Shown in pieces: positions 40,276 to 49,896 of a stretch of 64,000 nt of DNA. A program made the translations under genes and the position numbers. Source of the stretch: Leptospiraceae bacterium (GTDB lineage Bacteria > Spirochaetota > Leptospiria > Leptospirales > Leptonemataceae); assembly GCA_040217195.1 (NCBI GenBank), contig JAVJNR010000005.1, forward strand, positions 448,001-512,000. Reading direction: 5' to 3'. The notes beneath the pieces are model-generated. The model did no database searches. It was not told where the DNA came from and was given only the letters and a program-made list of their open reading frames with translations. The first letter of the stretch is position 1. The number at the start of each line of letters is the position of its first letter.

Positions 40276-41321
40276 AGATTTTATTTGTTACAGACATCCA
40301 CGATGCATTGAAGGAATTAAGGGTACTTCTTTCCTCCACCGAGGCTGATCTTTACCTGCTCTGCGGCGACATACTGTATCATGCATTTTACGATGAGGAT
40401 AAGATCTATCAATTTGTATGCCTTCAGGAAGAGTTCTATTCAGAGGCCAAGCAGCAGGATAAAAAAATCATGCCCTATGACCTGGCCACGGAAATGCTGA
40501 GGTATCCAACGAAAAAAGGGGCAGATGCTGAAGAGTGGAATCTGAAAGCAGCCGAGTATCGGATGCTCTTTCATAAAGCCGGCAAGACTATGAAAGAAAA
40601 GTATGAGCTCATTGAAGAGCTGGTGGAAAAATACGGCAATGCTTCCTGTCTGATGCTTCCAGGAAATTACGATATTGATCTAAGATACACACGATTGGCA
40701 CATAGAGACCTGCACCATAAAGAGGTGAATCTAAACGGGTTAAAGTTTGCCGGATACGGCGGAGCCCCAATTGCCACTTCCGGTATCCCCGAAAAACTGG
40801 CCATTACCTATCATGAGTCCAGAGAAAATGGAGCTCTATATTCGGAGCCAGAGGAGTTCTTCGACCAGTGCCAGCCAGACGTAATGGTTTTGCACAATCC
40901 CGCTTATGGCTTCTTTGATCGAGTGCCAACCATCGGTCATGTGGGCTCTCCCGGAATTCGCAATTACCTGGATCGTCAATCCGCGTCTCTTGTAGTGTCC
41001 GGTCATGTACACGAAGATTACGGTATTGCGCGAAAAAAAGATGGAACTGTGCTACTGAATCCATCGAACTTCGGAGGCGTGGATTCGCCCTATGGATATC
41101 AGCCCGGTGGTATATTTGCTGAGATAAAAATGGATGGCAGGGACTTTAAAGAGTTAAAGCTTCGCAGGCTGGCCGGAAATGAAGTGCAGGATCTGTTACT
41201 TGTAACCCTGGAAGGTGAAGAGCTAAAGGCCCGGGCTCTAAAGCATCTGGACCAGTCTCACCTGGATCTGAGTGGATTCGTTCGGGATCATGCCGGGCAA
41301 CCTGTGGAACTATTTGGTTAG
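40272..41321 (+). CDS. Calcineurin-like metallophosphoesterase (Icc-related) with a helical insertion
   Basis: TDIH, CGDI, PGNYD, VLHNP, SGHVHE motifs; GTG start overlaps the GT4 stop. Confidence 0.88.
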   Translation: MKILFVTDIHDALKELRVLLSSTEADLYLLCGDILYHAFYDEDKIYQFVCLQEEFYSEAKQQDKKIMPYDLATEMLRYPTKKGADAEEWNLKAAEYRMLFHKAGKTMKEKYELIEELVEKYGNASCLMLPGNYDIDLRYTRLAHRDLHHKEVNLNGLKFAGYGGAPIATSGIPEKLAITYHESRENGALYSEPEEFFDQCQPDVMVLHNPAYGFFDRVPTIGHVGSPGIRNYLDRQSASLVVSGHVHEDYGIARKKDGTVLLNPSNFGGVDSPYGYQPGGIFAEIKMDGRDFKELKLRRLAGNEVQDLLLVTLEGEELKARALKHLDQSHLDLSGFVRDHAGQPVELFG

Positions 41322-41347
41322 AGATAACCTCTTTCGGAGCAATCAAA

Positions 41348-42046
41348 TTGAATCCCTTTGCCCAAAATCCAGTGATCGAGGATTATAACCTCATCAAGCG
41401 CTATTTTCGTGAATACGAAACTTCGCATAGCAAGAATCGCATGCGAGATTTTCGTAAATTCGCAAGGATGATCCAGGAAGCCGGGTACCAGGTGGCCTTC
41501 GATTTTGTGGGATCGGTGAATTTTGGTCAGGCAGATACAAATTCCGACGTAGACTTTGTTCTGTACCTGGCCTGTGAAAAGAATTACACCGGTGAATGCG
41601 ATGATACACATTGCAGAACCAGGCATCAGATTGAAAACCTACTCATTCGCACTCTGATACGAGAATATGTAGTCCGTCCCTATGAAATTCAGGTAGTGGA
41701 TTGTCTGAATCTGAATCTTCTGGATGCGGAGCTGGAACGCGGCGATGCCATGTCCCCTGCCCTTTTTCGATTCGCATTCTATCGTTCCATATGCCGCTGC
41801 GTAAATGCAAGGGTACTGAAACCGTATCTGAATCGATTGATGGCCAATCCAGAGCTATTGAACGGATTACATTCTGAACTTGCTGCGGTATTTGATGGAT
41901 TAAATCGCTGGTCTCCACATAGCATTTCATTCAGCAAGTACAAAAGTCGACTGGAAGATTTTGGCGTGCGAATACCGGACTCCATGCTGGAAAAGATTCG
42001 CTCCCATCTGGACTTTGGCAAGGATCACATGGCTGATGGGATCTAG
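41348..42046 (+). CDS. Putative Pol-beta-superfamily nucleotidyltransferase
   Basis: FVGSVNFGQADTNSDVDFVLY fits hG[GS]x9-13Dh[DE]h; candidate third acidic residue in EIQVVD. Confidence 0.65.
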   Translation: MNPFAQNPVIEDYNLIKRYFREYETSHSKNRMRDFRKFARMIQEAGYQVAFDFVGSVNFGQADTNSDVDFVLYLACEKNYTGECDDTHCRTRHQIENLLIRTLIREYVVRPYEIQVVDCLNLNLLDAELERGDAMSPALFRFAFYRSICRCVNARVLKPYLNRLMANPELLNGLHSELAAVFDGLNRWSPHSISFSKYKSRLEDFGVRIPDSMLEKIRSHLDFGKDHMADGI

Positions 42047-42213
42047 GCAATCTCCATTGTAATGACCCTGTTGCCAGGTTGTGACCACTCGATACTGGTC
42101 CGGCCCCAACGGCATCCATAGATCTAAGATCTAATTTTCCAACAAACCGGCTGGTACAGGGAGCCACGAGAAATCCGCTTTCCTTCCAGGGCTGAAATCG
42201 CTATCTATAGGTC

Positions 42214-42729
42214 ATGAGTGAAACGGCTACTGTAGGCGGAGGATGCTTCTGGTGTCTGGAAGCAGTATTTCAAAGGATTAAAGGAGTGGAGTCCGTAGTA
42301 TCTGGATACTCGGCTGGCAACGTACCCAATCCGGATTATAAATCTGTTTGTTCCGGAAAAACAGGTCATGCTGAAGTGGTACAGATTACCTTTGATCCAG
42401 AGAAAGTGAGTTATGAACAAATATTGGAAGTGTTCTGGGCTTCTCATGATCCTACCACTCTGAATCGACAGGGAAACGATGTGGGGACTCAGTATCGTTC
42501 CATCATCTTAACGCATGGTGAGGATCAGCAGGAGAAGGCCAGAAAATCCATTCAAGCCTGGCAGCCAGAATTCAAGGATCCCATCGTAACCCAGGTAGAA
42601 CCGCTGGAGAAGTTCTATGCTGCGGAAGACTACCACCAGGATTATTTCAATCAGAATAAAGGAAATCCGTACTGTATGTTTGTAATTCATCCCAAGTTAC
42701 AAAAACTCGGAATGTCCGTATCCAGTTAA
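42214..42729 (+). CDS. msrA: Peptide-methionine (S)-S-oxide reductase
   Basis: GGGCFWCLE, GHAEVVQI, RQGNDVGTQYRS, AEDYHQDY. Confidence 0.97.
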   Translation: MSETATVGGGCFWCLEAVFQRIKGVESVVSGYSAGNVPNPDYKSVCSGKTGHAEVVQITFDPEKVSYEQILEVFWASHDPTTLNRQGNDVGTQYRSIILTHGEDQQEKARKSIQAWQPEFKDPIVTQVEPLEKFYAAEDYHQDYFNQNKGNPYCMFVIHPKLQKLGMSVSS

Positions 42730-42850
42730 TACCAAATATATGACGCTGGCAGCCAATAGGGCTGCAGCCGGGTCAGCCGGTGTAGAATTCGAGACCATAG
42801 ATTCCCGGCCCGGAGATTGACTTTTAAGCCCGGGGCATGGTCTATTACTT

Positions 42851-43348
42851 CTATTTTCTTTTCTTCTTCCAGTCCTTTAACTTTTTCTGTCCCCAGCGAT
42901 AGTGACTGATGATGGCGCCCGCCAGATACGTTGTAATCGCATTCTTGCCACACCAGGCAAACTGGGCAGGCTGCAACAATTGCGTCTCGGTGAGGCCCTC
43001 CGCTAACTTTAGAAGCTTCTTATGGGTGGATTTCATTTTCTTTTCTGCTTCCGCTAGAGACATATCCCGGTACTTCTCATAGATGTCATGGTTCAGCCTG
43101 GGAGTTTCGCTCCATTTATATCCGGGCGCCGGCATCTCCACCGAGCCCTTTTGTCCATCACGATGCCAGATCAATACCATGTTGTGCCATTCATGAATAT
43201 GAGCCATCATATCGCGCACATTCCAACCTTCTCCCCAGACAGTGTTATCCATCATTTCTTCGTCGCTTAATTCATCCAGAAGCGTTGAGAAACGATTCCA
43301 TTCCAGTTCCACCGTACTTAAAAAATCTGCTTTATCTTTAAACTTCAT
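42851..43348 (-). CDS. ClbS/DfsB-family (DUF1706, DinB-like) four-helix-bundle protein
   Basis: WNVRDMMAHIHEWH, PAPGYKWSETPRLN..IYEKY, SHYRWG. Confidence 0.8.
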   Translation of the reverse strand: MKFKDKADFLSTVELEWNRFSTLLDELSDEEMMDNTVWGEGWNVRDMMAHIHEWHNMVLIWHRDGQKGSVEMPAPGYKWSETPRLNHDIYEKYRDMSLAEAEKKMKSTHKKLLKLAEGLTETQLLQPAQFAWCGKNAITTYLAGAIISHYRWGQKKLKDWKKKRK

Positions 43349-43493
43349 TACTGCCTCCCTGGAAGATCTGAGTGAGATAGGACATTACAACACGATTATT
43401 AAAATTCTTTTTGCGAACCGCAATTCCTCTCTTGACCCATATTCGCAAAGCGCTTCCAAAAGAATCAATAACAAATCAATGCATGCAGTCCAT

Positions 43494-43634
43494 TTAAGGA
43501 TTTTGTTTCAATAGTCCCTGCTCCTTCAGAAAGTTGCGGGCAACCAGAAAGGCAATGCTTTCTCCTTTCTCCTCCAGCTACCTTCGCACATCCTCCGGAG
43601 AGGCAGTATCTAAAAGAGTGACCCCATTGTCCAT
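43494..43634 (-). pseudogene. Short gene relic with an internal stop; end resembles the C-terminus of an OpuAC-type binding protein
   Basis: Manual translation MDNGVTLLDTASPEDVRR*LEEKGESIAFLVARNFLKEQGLLKQNP*. Confidence 0.25.
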
Positions 43635-43772
43635 ACTGGCGAATTCACTGTTTTTCTTTAGATATAGAATCTGAATCCGACGGTCTTTGCCCGGTAACTC
43701 GGCCACAAAATCGGACTCCGGATTGGAGAGCTATTTCACCAGAGCAGGAGCTGCCATGACCATCAGACCTTT

Positions 43773-44903
43773 TTATCTTTCCAGGGACCGATTCTTTTTG
43801 CGATACTGCCCCGGAGATAAGCCAGTCCGAATACGAAAGGCCTGGTTAAACACAGACTTGGAATTGAAACCTACATCCATGGCAATGCTCAGAATACTGT
43901 CATCGCTTTCTATTAGGCGACGACAGGCTTCCTGCACTCGGTATCCATTTACAAACTGATTGAAGTTTTGCTTCCAGTGGGTATTGATAATTCCGGAAAG
44001 CTTTTCCCGGGAGATGGGTTGCTTCTCAGACAGAGCCTGCGCCATGGAGGCCAGGGTTAAATCCTCCACTAGAAAGAGCCTTTCGCTCTCCATGAGACTC
44101 TGTATTTCTAGAACGAGCGACTGAGAATCCGTGCTGAACTTCCGGGTCCGACTTGCCAGCGGAAATCTCTGCAAATAAAGGAACAGGCCACAGACGGAAA
44201 AGGAAATGATGGCTGCACCCATTCCATGCCAGGGCCCGTCCAATTCCAGTTGATACTGTGCGAACACGCAGAGGGTTGTGCCCACTCCTCCCAGGCCCGC
44301 CAGAAAGGGAATCCAGAACCTGGCCGGACCTGGTGCCAATTCACGATTTCTCCAGGCAATCCAGATTAATTGCATGGCTACCAGTACCGAGGCCAACCGG
44401 GGCAGGTAGGAAACCGTATAGAGCCACCAGTCTCGATGAGGAGAATCTACATGGGACCAGGCCGCGATGGAACGTATGCCAAACAAGTCCGGTGTCATAA
44501 TTTTCAGACGATAGACCAGAAATGCAAGACCGGCCAGCAGGACTCCTACGGTGAGCCAGCGAACCAGCTTTCCAGAACCATCCGGTCGCAATAGCCCATA
44601 ACCAAAGGCCCAGAACTGAACCGGAAAGGCCAGAGCCGCCAGAAACTGCACAGGTCCGGTCCAGACCAGCACCGGATCCGCCACTTCTGAAAGGAGCAAT
44701 CCGGTATGTCCCTGCCAGAGCCCCAGAGATACCATCATTCCTGCACCGGCCCTGTCCCGGGGTGCCTTTTGCGGACGAATGAGAAATCCCAGAAAAAGCA
44801 GAAAGCTCAGCAAAGAGCCCAGAAGTACCGGAATCGCCCACAGGATCACAGCTCGATGGAAGTCCGGAGCAGAAAGCAGGCAATCGAAAAAGTCTCGGAT
44901 CAT
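43773..44903 (-). CDS. Membrane-bound AraC-family transcriptional regulator
   Basis: About 7 TM helices, then LTLASMA...NFNQFVNGYRVQEA...IAMDVGFNSKSVFNQAF..TGLSPGQYR. Confidence 0.9.
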   Translation of the reverse strand: MIRDFFDCLLSAPDFHRAVILWAIPVLLGSLLSFLLFLGFLIRPQKAPRDRAGAGMMVSLGLWQGHTGLLLSEVADPVLVWTGPVQFLAALAFPVQFWAFGYGLLRPDGSGKLVRWLTVGVLLAGLAFLVYRLKIMTPDLFGIRSIAAWSHVDSPHRDWWLYTVSYLPRLASVLVAMQLIWIAWRNRELAPGPARFWIPFLAGLGGVGTTLCVFAQYQLELDGPWHGMGAAIISFSVCGLFLYLQRFPLASRTRKFSTDSQSLVLEIQSLMESERLFLVEDLTLASMAQALSEKQPISREKLSGIINTHWKQNFNQFVNGYRVQEACRRLIESDDSILSIAMDVGFNSKSVFNQAFRIRTGLSPGQYRKKNRSLER

Positions 44904-44945
44904 GAATCCGGTCGATTTCCCTTCGATTTTTCGTAAAATGGAACC

Positions 44946-45911
44946 ATGAAACTATTTCTCACAGGTGGCTCCGGATTCGTAGGCGGGGCCATAGCAAAGA
45001 AACTTTCCAGAAAGCATACAATCCTGGCCATGTCACGATCTGAATCCAGCGATACCAGACTGCGTGCTCCGGGCGTACAACCGGTTCGAGGATCCCTGAA
45101 TTCTCTGGAAAACATAGATCTGACTGGAGTGGACTGTATCATTCATTGTGCGGCCTTCGTTGGCCCCTGGGGGAGTCGCAAAGAATTCATGAAAGGAAAC
45201 GTGGAAGGAACACGAGCCTTGCTCCAGGCGGCCAGCCAGGCAGGTGTGAGTAGATTCATTCATATGGGAACTGAAGCCGCTTTCTTTCGTGGCCAGCACA
45301 TGCGGCAGATTGATGAAACCTATCCCTATCCTACCAGCACTCCCTATCTGTACAGCGAAAGCAAAGGAGAGGCAGAAAGGCTGGTTTTAAACCACGAATC
45401 CAGAATGGATACGATTGTGTTACGTCCTCGTTTCGTCTGGGGACCGGGAGATACATCGGTTCGTAGAGTTCTCAAGCAGATGGTGGAAGAAGGAAAATTC
45501 ATGTGGATCGGAGGCGGAGCAGCCCGTACATCCACAACATACATCGATAACCTGGTCCATGCTGTGGAACTGGCCCTGACAGAGGGCAGCAGTGGGCGGG
45601 CCTATTTTATCACCGATGGAGAAGACACTACGTTCAAAGAATTCCTCACGGAAATGATGGATACCCAGGGAGTGCAGCTACCGGAAAAATCAATCCCTTC
45701 CTGGCTGGCCAGCACCGCGGCTCGACTGGTCGAAGGTAGCTTTCGCCTGGTAGGGGCAAAATCGGAACCTCCTTTAATGCGCTTTCCCACAGATCTTATG
45801 GGCCGGGAATGCACCATCCGAATTGACCGGGCGCGAAAAGAGCTGGGATATGCACCGCTAGTTAGCGTTTCAGATGGAATGCAGGCTCTTCGCTCGGAAA
45901 GGGCGGACTGA
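44946..45911 (+). CDS. Extended SDR, 3-beta-HSD/OleD-like NAD-dependent epimerase/dehydratase
   Basis: TGGSGFVG, HCAA, YSESK (YxxxK), LRPRFVWGPGD. Confidence 0.9.
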   Translation: MKLFLTGGSGFVGGAIAKKLSRKHTILAMSRSESSDTRLRAPGVQPVRGSLNSLENIDLTGVDCIIHCAAFVGPWGSRKEFMKGNVEGTRALLQAASQAGVSRFIHMGTEAAFFRGQHMRQIDETYPYPTSTPYLYSESKGEAERLVLNHESRMDTIVLRPRFVWGPGDTSVRRVLKQMVEEGKFMWIGGGAARTSTTYIDNLVHAVELALTEGSSGRAYFITDGEDTTFKEFLTEMMDTQGVQLPEKSIPSWLASTAARLVEGSFRLVGAKSEPPLMRFPTDLMGRECTIRIDRARKELGYAPLVSVSDGMQALRSERAD

Positions 45912-45982
45912 GCAGTGGAACTAAAACACAGTAAAATGACTTTTAAATTGGCTTGCTGGATGGAAGCTTTCTCTGGAAAGGG

Positions 45983-46306
45983 ATGAGTGATTCTCCGGTA
46001 ATTGATCTGAGATACAGGCCCAGCCTCAATGAAAACCAGGAGCGGATAGAAGCTGTAGGAAAGGATGCCTCCGAATCTGACTTCCTGATACTTACAAATC
46101 ATAGCATCGAACAAAGACTGGTTGATCGGTGCTTTTCTCTGAGCCTGGAATTTTTTCAGCTACCCAATGAGGCAAAACTAGAGTATTCTACCAATCGCTT
46201 TGCCGGCTCCAATCCAATAAATAAGAACGTTGCCATGGTGCATTATGCAGATTTTCTGGAAAAGAAGGTCCAGTCTTTCGGTGAGTATTCCAGGAAAGCC
46301 AGGTGA
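45983..46306 (+). pseudogene. Internally deleted 2OG-Fe(II) (IPNS-like) dioxygenase
   Basis: DIOX_N-like PVIDL...FLILTNHSIEQRLVDRCFSLSLEFFQLPNEAK is joined almost directly to a C-terminal-like HYADFLEKKVQ. The HxD...H catalytic core is absent. Confidence 0.6.
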
Positions 46307-46373
46307 TAAGATGAGATTCGATCACATTGAGAATTTCGACTCTATCTGTTTAATACAATAGAGACACAGCCAC

Positions 46374-47600
46374 TTAACGACGGGACATTCTCAAAAGCAA
46401 ATAATCCAGTCCAAATACCATGCCCACAATAGAACCCAGAATTAGGAAAGTTACGAACGGCTCCCAGATTAGAAATCCGCCCAGGATTCCCAGAAAACAG
46501 CCCAGGTACTGAATGTATTGTAGCTGATCCGAGGTAGAGTTTAGAAGAAGCCTTTCCAGACGAATCTCATCTAGCTTTCGCAGGTTATCTGTTATAATTT
46601 CCTGAACATTGATCTGCTCCACCAGAAACAGTACTCCATTGAGCACAGCTTCTTCCAGCACATCGCCACGCTTCTCCATCATGTCAGGAAGATGATGCAA
46701 ATAGTCCACAAGTTGATCTTCGTAGTGGTCCATTGTAAAAGTCATAGAATCCACCAGCTCTTCCAGCCTTTCGCTTACATCGCGATCGCCGGAAAACATT
46801 CTGTATAGTTTTAGAACGCCGCTTTCCAGGCCTCCCACATCGTCAAAATCTATACCTTTTACAAATTGCTTGATATTCTTCTTGAACTCATCCGAGCGAA
46901 TAAAGCCCTGAATGTAGTGCTCGGCCATGTCGATGACATCGTTCACAAATTCTGGCTGATTGATTACTTCTCGAATGGTGCGAGTCAGATTCTCTCTATG
47001 ATGAGTAATTAATCCGGATTCCCGAATCTGTTCTAAAATTAGTTCAGGATTGATAATTTCCCGGCTAATGGACTCTCCCAGTTTAAGAGCAATTCTTTCT
47101 TTGCGAGACGGGATAAGGCCCTGTCCCAGAAGAGGACGCTTATGCCTGGGATGAAATAGCATCTTGATAGCAACCCAGTTTGTACCAAAGCCAATTAAAC
47201 CGGATACTGTGAGCATACGAAGAAGCCCGTTCAATTCCAGTGTATGATCCCGGAAAGGTAATTCCACGGTTCCGCTGAAATCCCAGAACATGGAAAGAAT
47301 AAATCCGGCCCCCGTCAGCCAGGGAAGTAGCTTCAATGCGAAAAGGGTGAAGGAAAAACCAGAATCGGGAACCGGAGGCACTTCCTCAAAAGGCTTCTGC
47401 TCCGGAAGCACCCTGGTAGCCCATTTCTGCAAAAATCCGCTCAGTCGGGATAGATCCAATCCGGAAAGATCCGGGGCCCCTTTACTTGCAGTACTTCCCG
47501 CATTCTGTGAGCTGGAATCCGGGGACGGACCCGAGGGGCCATTTGCCCTGGCCTGATTCTCCTGCTGGGATTCTTTGCCGGGTTCGTTTTTCTCTTCCAT
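46374..47600 (-). CDS. DUF445 family membrane protein
   Basis: GLIGFGTNWVAIKMLFHP, GLIPSRKERIA, LQYIQYLGCFLGILGG. Confidence 0.85.
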   Translation of the reverse strand: MEEKNEPGKESQQENQARANGPSGPSPDSSSQNAGSTASKGAPDLSGLDLSRLSGFLQKWATRVLPEQKPFEEVPPVPDSGFSFTLFALKLLPWLTGAGFILSMFWDFSGTVELPFRDHTLELNGLLRMLTVSGLIGFGTNWVAIKMLFHPRHKRPLLGQGLIPSRKERIALKLGESISREIINPELILEQIRESGLITHHRENLTRTIREVINQPEFVNDVIDMAEHYIQGFIRSDEFKKNIKQFVKGIDFDDVGGLESGVLKLYRMFSGDRDVSERLEELVDSMTFTMDHYEDQLVDYLHHLPDMMEKRGDVLEEAVLNGVLFLVEQINVQEIITDNLRKLDEIRLERLLLNSTSDQLQYIQYLGCFLGILGGFLIWEPFVTFLILGSIVGMVFGLDYLLLRMSRR

Positions 47601-47633
47601 GATCTTGATAACCGATTCTGAACCTGATCTCTA

Positions 47634-49172
47634 TTAGAGGATATACTGACTCAGATCTCGATTCTCCACAATGGACTGAAGTCTATCCTGCACAAAGGCT
47701 CGATCCACAACCACCTTTTTGTTTTCAATCTCCGGCGCCTGAAAAGAAACCTCTTCTAGCAGATGCTCCATAATTGTATGTAACCTTCTGGCACCGATGT
47801 TTTCCGTCTGATCATTGACTCGAAAGGCGACAGAGGCGATTTCTTCCAGTCCATCGTTGGTAAATGTGAGTTCCACATCTTCTGTGGCCAGCAGGGCCTG
47901 GGCCTGCCTGGTCAGCGAATTTTCCGGGCCTGTCAGTATTTGCAGAAAATCCTTTTCCGTGAGCTTTTCCAGCTCTACACGAATCGGAAATCGCCCCTGT
48001 AATTCTGGAATTAGATCCGATGGCCTTGTCGCATGAAACGCTCCAGCGGCCACAAACAGTATATGATCCGTCTTCACCGGTCCATTTCGGGTATTAACAG
48101 TGGCCCCCTCTACAATCGGAAGCAGATCTCTTTGCACTCCTTCGCGGCTTACATCCGGGCTGCCGCCAGTGCTTTTTCCACAGACCTTATCTATTTCATC
48201 GATAAATACAATCCCTAACTGCTCGGTTCGTCGGATGGCTTCGGACTGCACCTTTTCAGGATCTACCAGCTTTTCCAGCTCTTCATGGAATAGAATCTTC
48301 TTAGCATCTTCTACTGAGACCTTGCGACGTCTGGTCTTTCTGGGCATCATATCTCCCAGCATATTCTGAAGCTGCATATCCATTTCTTCCATATTTGGAC
48401 CGGACAGCACTTGAACCATAGGTGAAGACTGGCTGGATACTTCGATTTCGATTTCCTTATCATCAAATTCGCCGGCCTGAAGTTTTTGCCGCATTAGCTC
48501 TCGCACCCGGGCTTTCTTCTGAGCATCCTCTGCGTTGGCAGCGCTGGAATCAGACGAGGAAGTTTCGCTGCTGGTTGCCGGCTCGGATGCTGGAGCGCTG
48601 GAAGCAGGCTGCGAATTTCCCTGCCCTGTCATTTGTTCAAAGGAACGCTGGAGGTTACGGGCAAAATCGCTTAGATCGCCAATGCCCCCGGTGGGTGCAT
48701 TACTCGACTGCGCCGAGGATCCAGACCCGGGAAGTAAAGCATCCAGAACTCTCTCTTCTGTGTTCTTACGAGCCTGCTGCTCCACGGTGGCCTGAAATTC
48801 CTTCTTCACCAGGTTAATGGCTCCGGAAAGCAAGTCACGAATCATGGACTCCACATCCCGGCCAACGTATCCCACTTCCGTATACTTGGTAGCTTCAACC
48901 TTTACAAAAGGTGCTCCACTCAGTCGCGCCAGTCTACGTGCGATTTCCGTTTTGCCACATCCGGTGGGCCCAATCATTACAATGTTCTTTGGATAGATCT
49001 CTTCTTGAAGAAATGCATCCTCCACCTTCTGGCGACGAACACGATTTCGAATTGCAATGGCAACTGCCTTCTTGGCATCCTTTTGCCCCACAATGTACTT
49101 ATCAAGTTCCGCTACTATCTGCGTTGGAGTCATTGTCTCCACGCTAATTCTTTCTTCTAAATGATCTGACAT
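47634..49172 (-). CDS. hslU: ATP-dependent protease ATPase subunit HslU
   Basis: GPTGCGKTEIARR, EVGYVG, FIDEIDK, VQRDLLP, ENIGARRL, C-terminal LSQYIL. Confidence 0.97.
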   Translation of the reverse strand: MSDHLEERISVETMTPTQIVAELDKYIVGQKDAKKAVAIAIRNRVRRQKVEDAFLQEEIYPKNIVMIGPTGCGKTEIARRLARLSGAPFVKVEATKYTEVGYVGRDVESMIRDLLSGAINLVKKEFQATVEQQARKNTEERVLDALLPGSGSSAQSSNAPTGGIGDLSDFARNLQRSFEQMTGQGNSQPASSAPASEPATSSETSSSDSSAANAEDAQKKARVRELMRQKLQAGEFDDKEIEIEVSSQSSPMVQVLSGPNMEEMDMQLQNMLGDMMPRKTRRRKVSVEDAKKILFHEELEKLVDPEKVQSEAIRRTEQLGIVFIDEIDKVCGKSTGGSPDVSREGVQRDLLPIVEGATVNTRNGPVKTDHILFVAAGAFHATRPSDLIPELQGRFPIRVELEKLTEKDFLQILTGPENSLTRQAQALLATEDVELTFTNDGLEEIASVAFRVNDQTENIGARRLHTIMEHLLEEVSFQAPEIENKKVVVDRAFVQDRLQSIVENRDLSQYIL

Positions 49173-49190
49173 GAATTCCTCTGGCCGGAT

Positions 49191-49733
49191 TCAGGACTGC
49201 TCCAGCACCTCAATACTAATGTTGGTATTGGTAAATACGCAAATCTCACCTGCTAGATGCATAGATTTTTCAACTATGTCTCTGGCGCTCATATCGGTAT
49301 TCTCCAGCAAGGCCCTGGCTGCTGCCAGAGCATAGTTTCCACCAGAACCGATGGCCAGCACTCCATCATCCGAACTGATCACATCGCCAGTCCCGGATAT
49401 TAGAAATGATTCCGATGCATCTGCCACAATTAAGAGCGCTTCCAGGCGTCTGAGCATTCGATCCGTGCGCCATTCCCTGGCAAGTTCCACCGCAGCCCTG
49501 CTTAACTGGCTACGGTATTGCTCCACTTTCTTTTCGAATAATTCAAATAGAGTAAAAGCATCCGCAGCAGAGCCGGCAAAGCCTGCCAGGATATCTTTTC
49601 CTTCCAGTCGGCGGATCTTGCGAGCTCCACCTTTCATTACTGTATTGCCCATACTAACCTGACCATCGCCACCGATGGCTGTTTGGCCGTTACGTCGGAC
49701 ACAGAGAATGGTAGTTGAACGAATGCGAGCCAT
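49191..49733 (-). CDS. hslV: ATP-dependent protease peptidase subunit HslV
   Basis: [32 protein letters not shown]. Confidence 0.97.
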   Translation of the reverse strand: MARIRSTTILCVRRNGQTAIGGDGQVSMGNTVMKGGARKIRRLEGKDILAGFAGSAADAFTLFELFEKKVEQYRSQLSRAAVELAREWRTDRMLRRLEALLIVADASESFLISGTGDVISSDDGVLAIGSGGNYALAAARALLENTDMSARDIVEKSMHLAGEICVFTNTNISIEVLEQS

Positions 49734-49808
49734 TGAGGCCAGATTTGGCCTATTAGCAGGCACGTAAAACCGTTTTTGGCTACGAATCCGGCGATGGAAG
49801 GCTCCGGG

Positions 49809-49836
49809 AAAAAGAAAAAGGCCCCTTGCGGGGCCC
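49809..49836 (-). terminator. Intrinsic terminator after the 49897-50643 gene
   Basis: Minus strand GGCCCC-GCAA-GGGGCC followed by TTTTTCTTTTT. Confidence 0.8.
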
Positions 49837-49896
49837 GAGCGGGAGAAGTGTTCAGTTAATACGTGAAGCCTCTGGCTTCATTTTATTTAGACGAGT

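Noticed and set aside
41348..42046. Calling the NTase a CBASS CD-NTase or MNT antitoxin
   Set aside because: It is short for a CD-NTase, no Cap effector or HEPN gene is adjacent, and the context is not a defence island; kept only as an unclassified NTase
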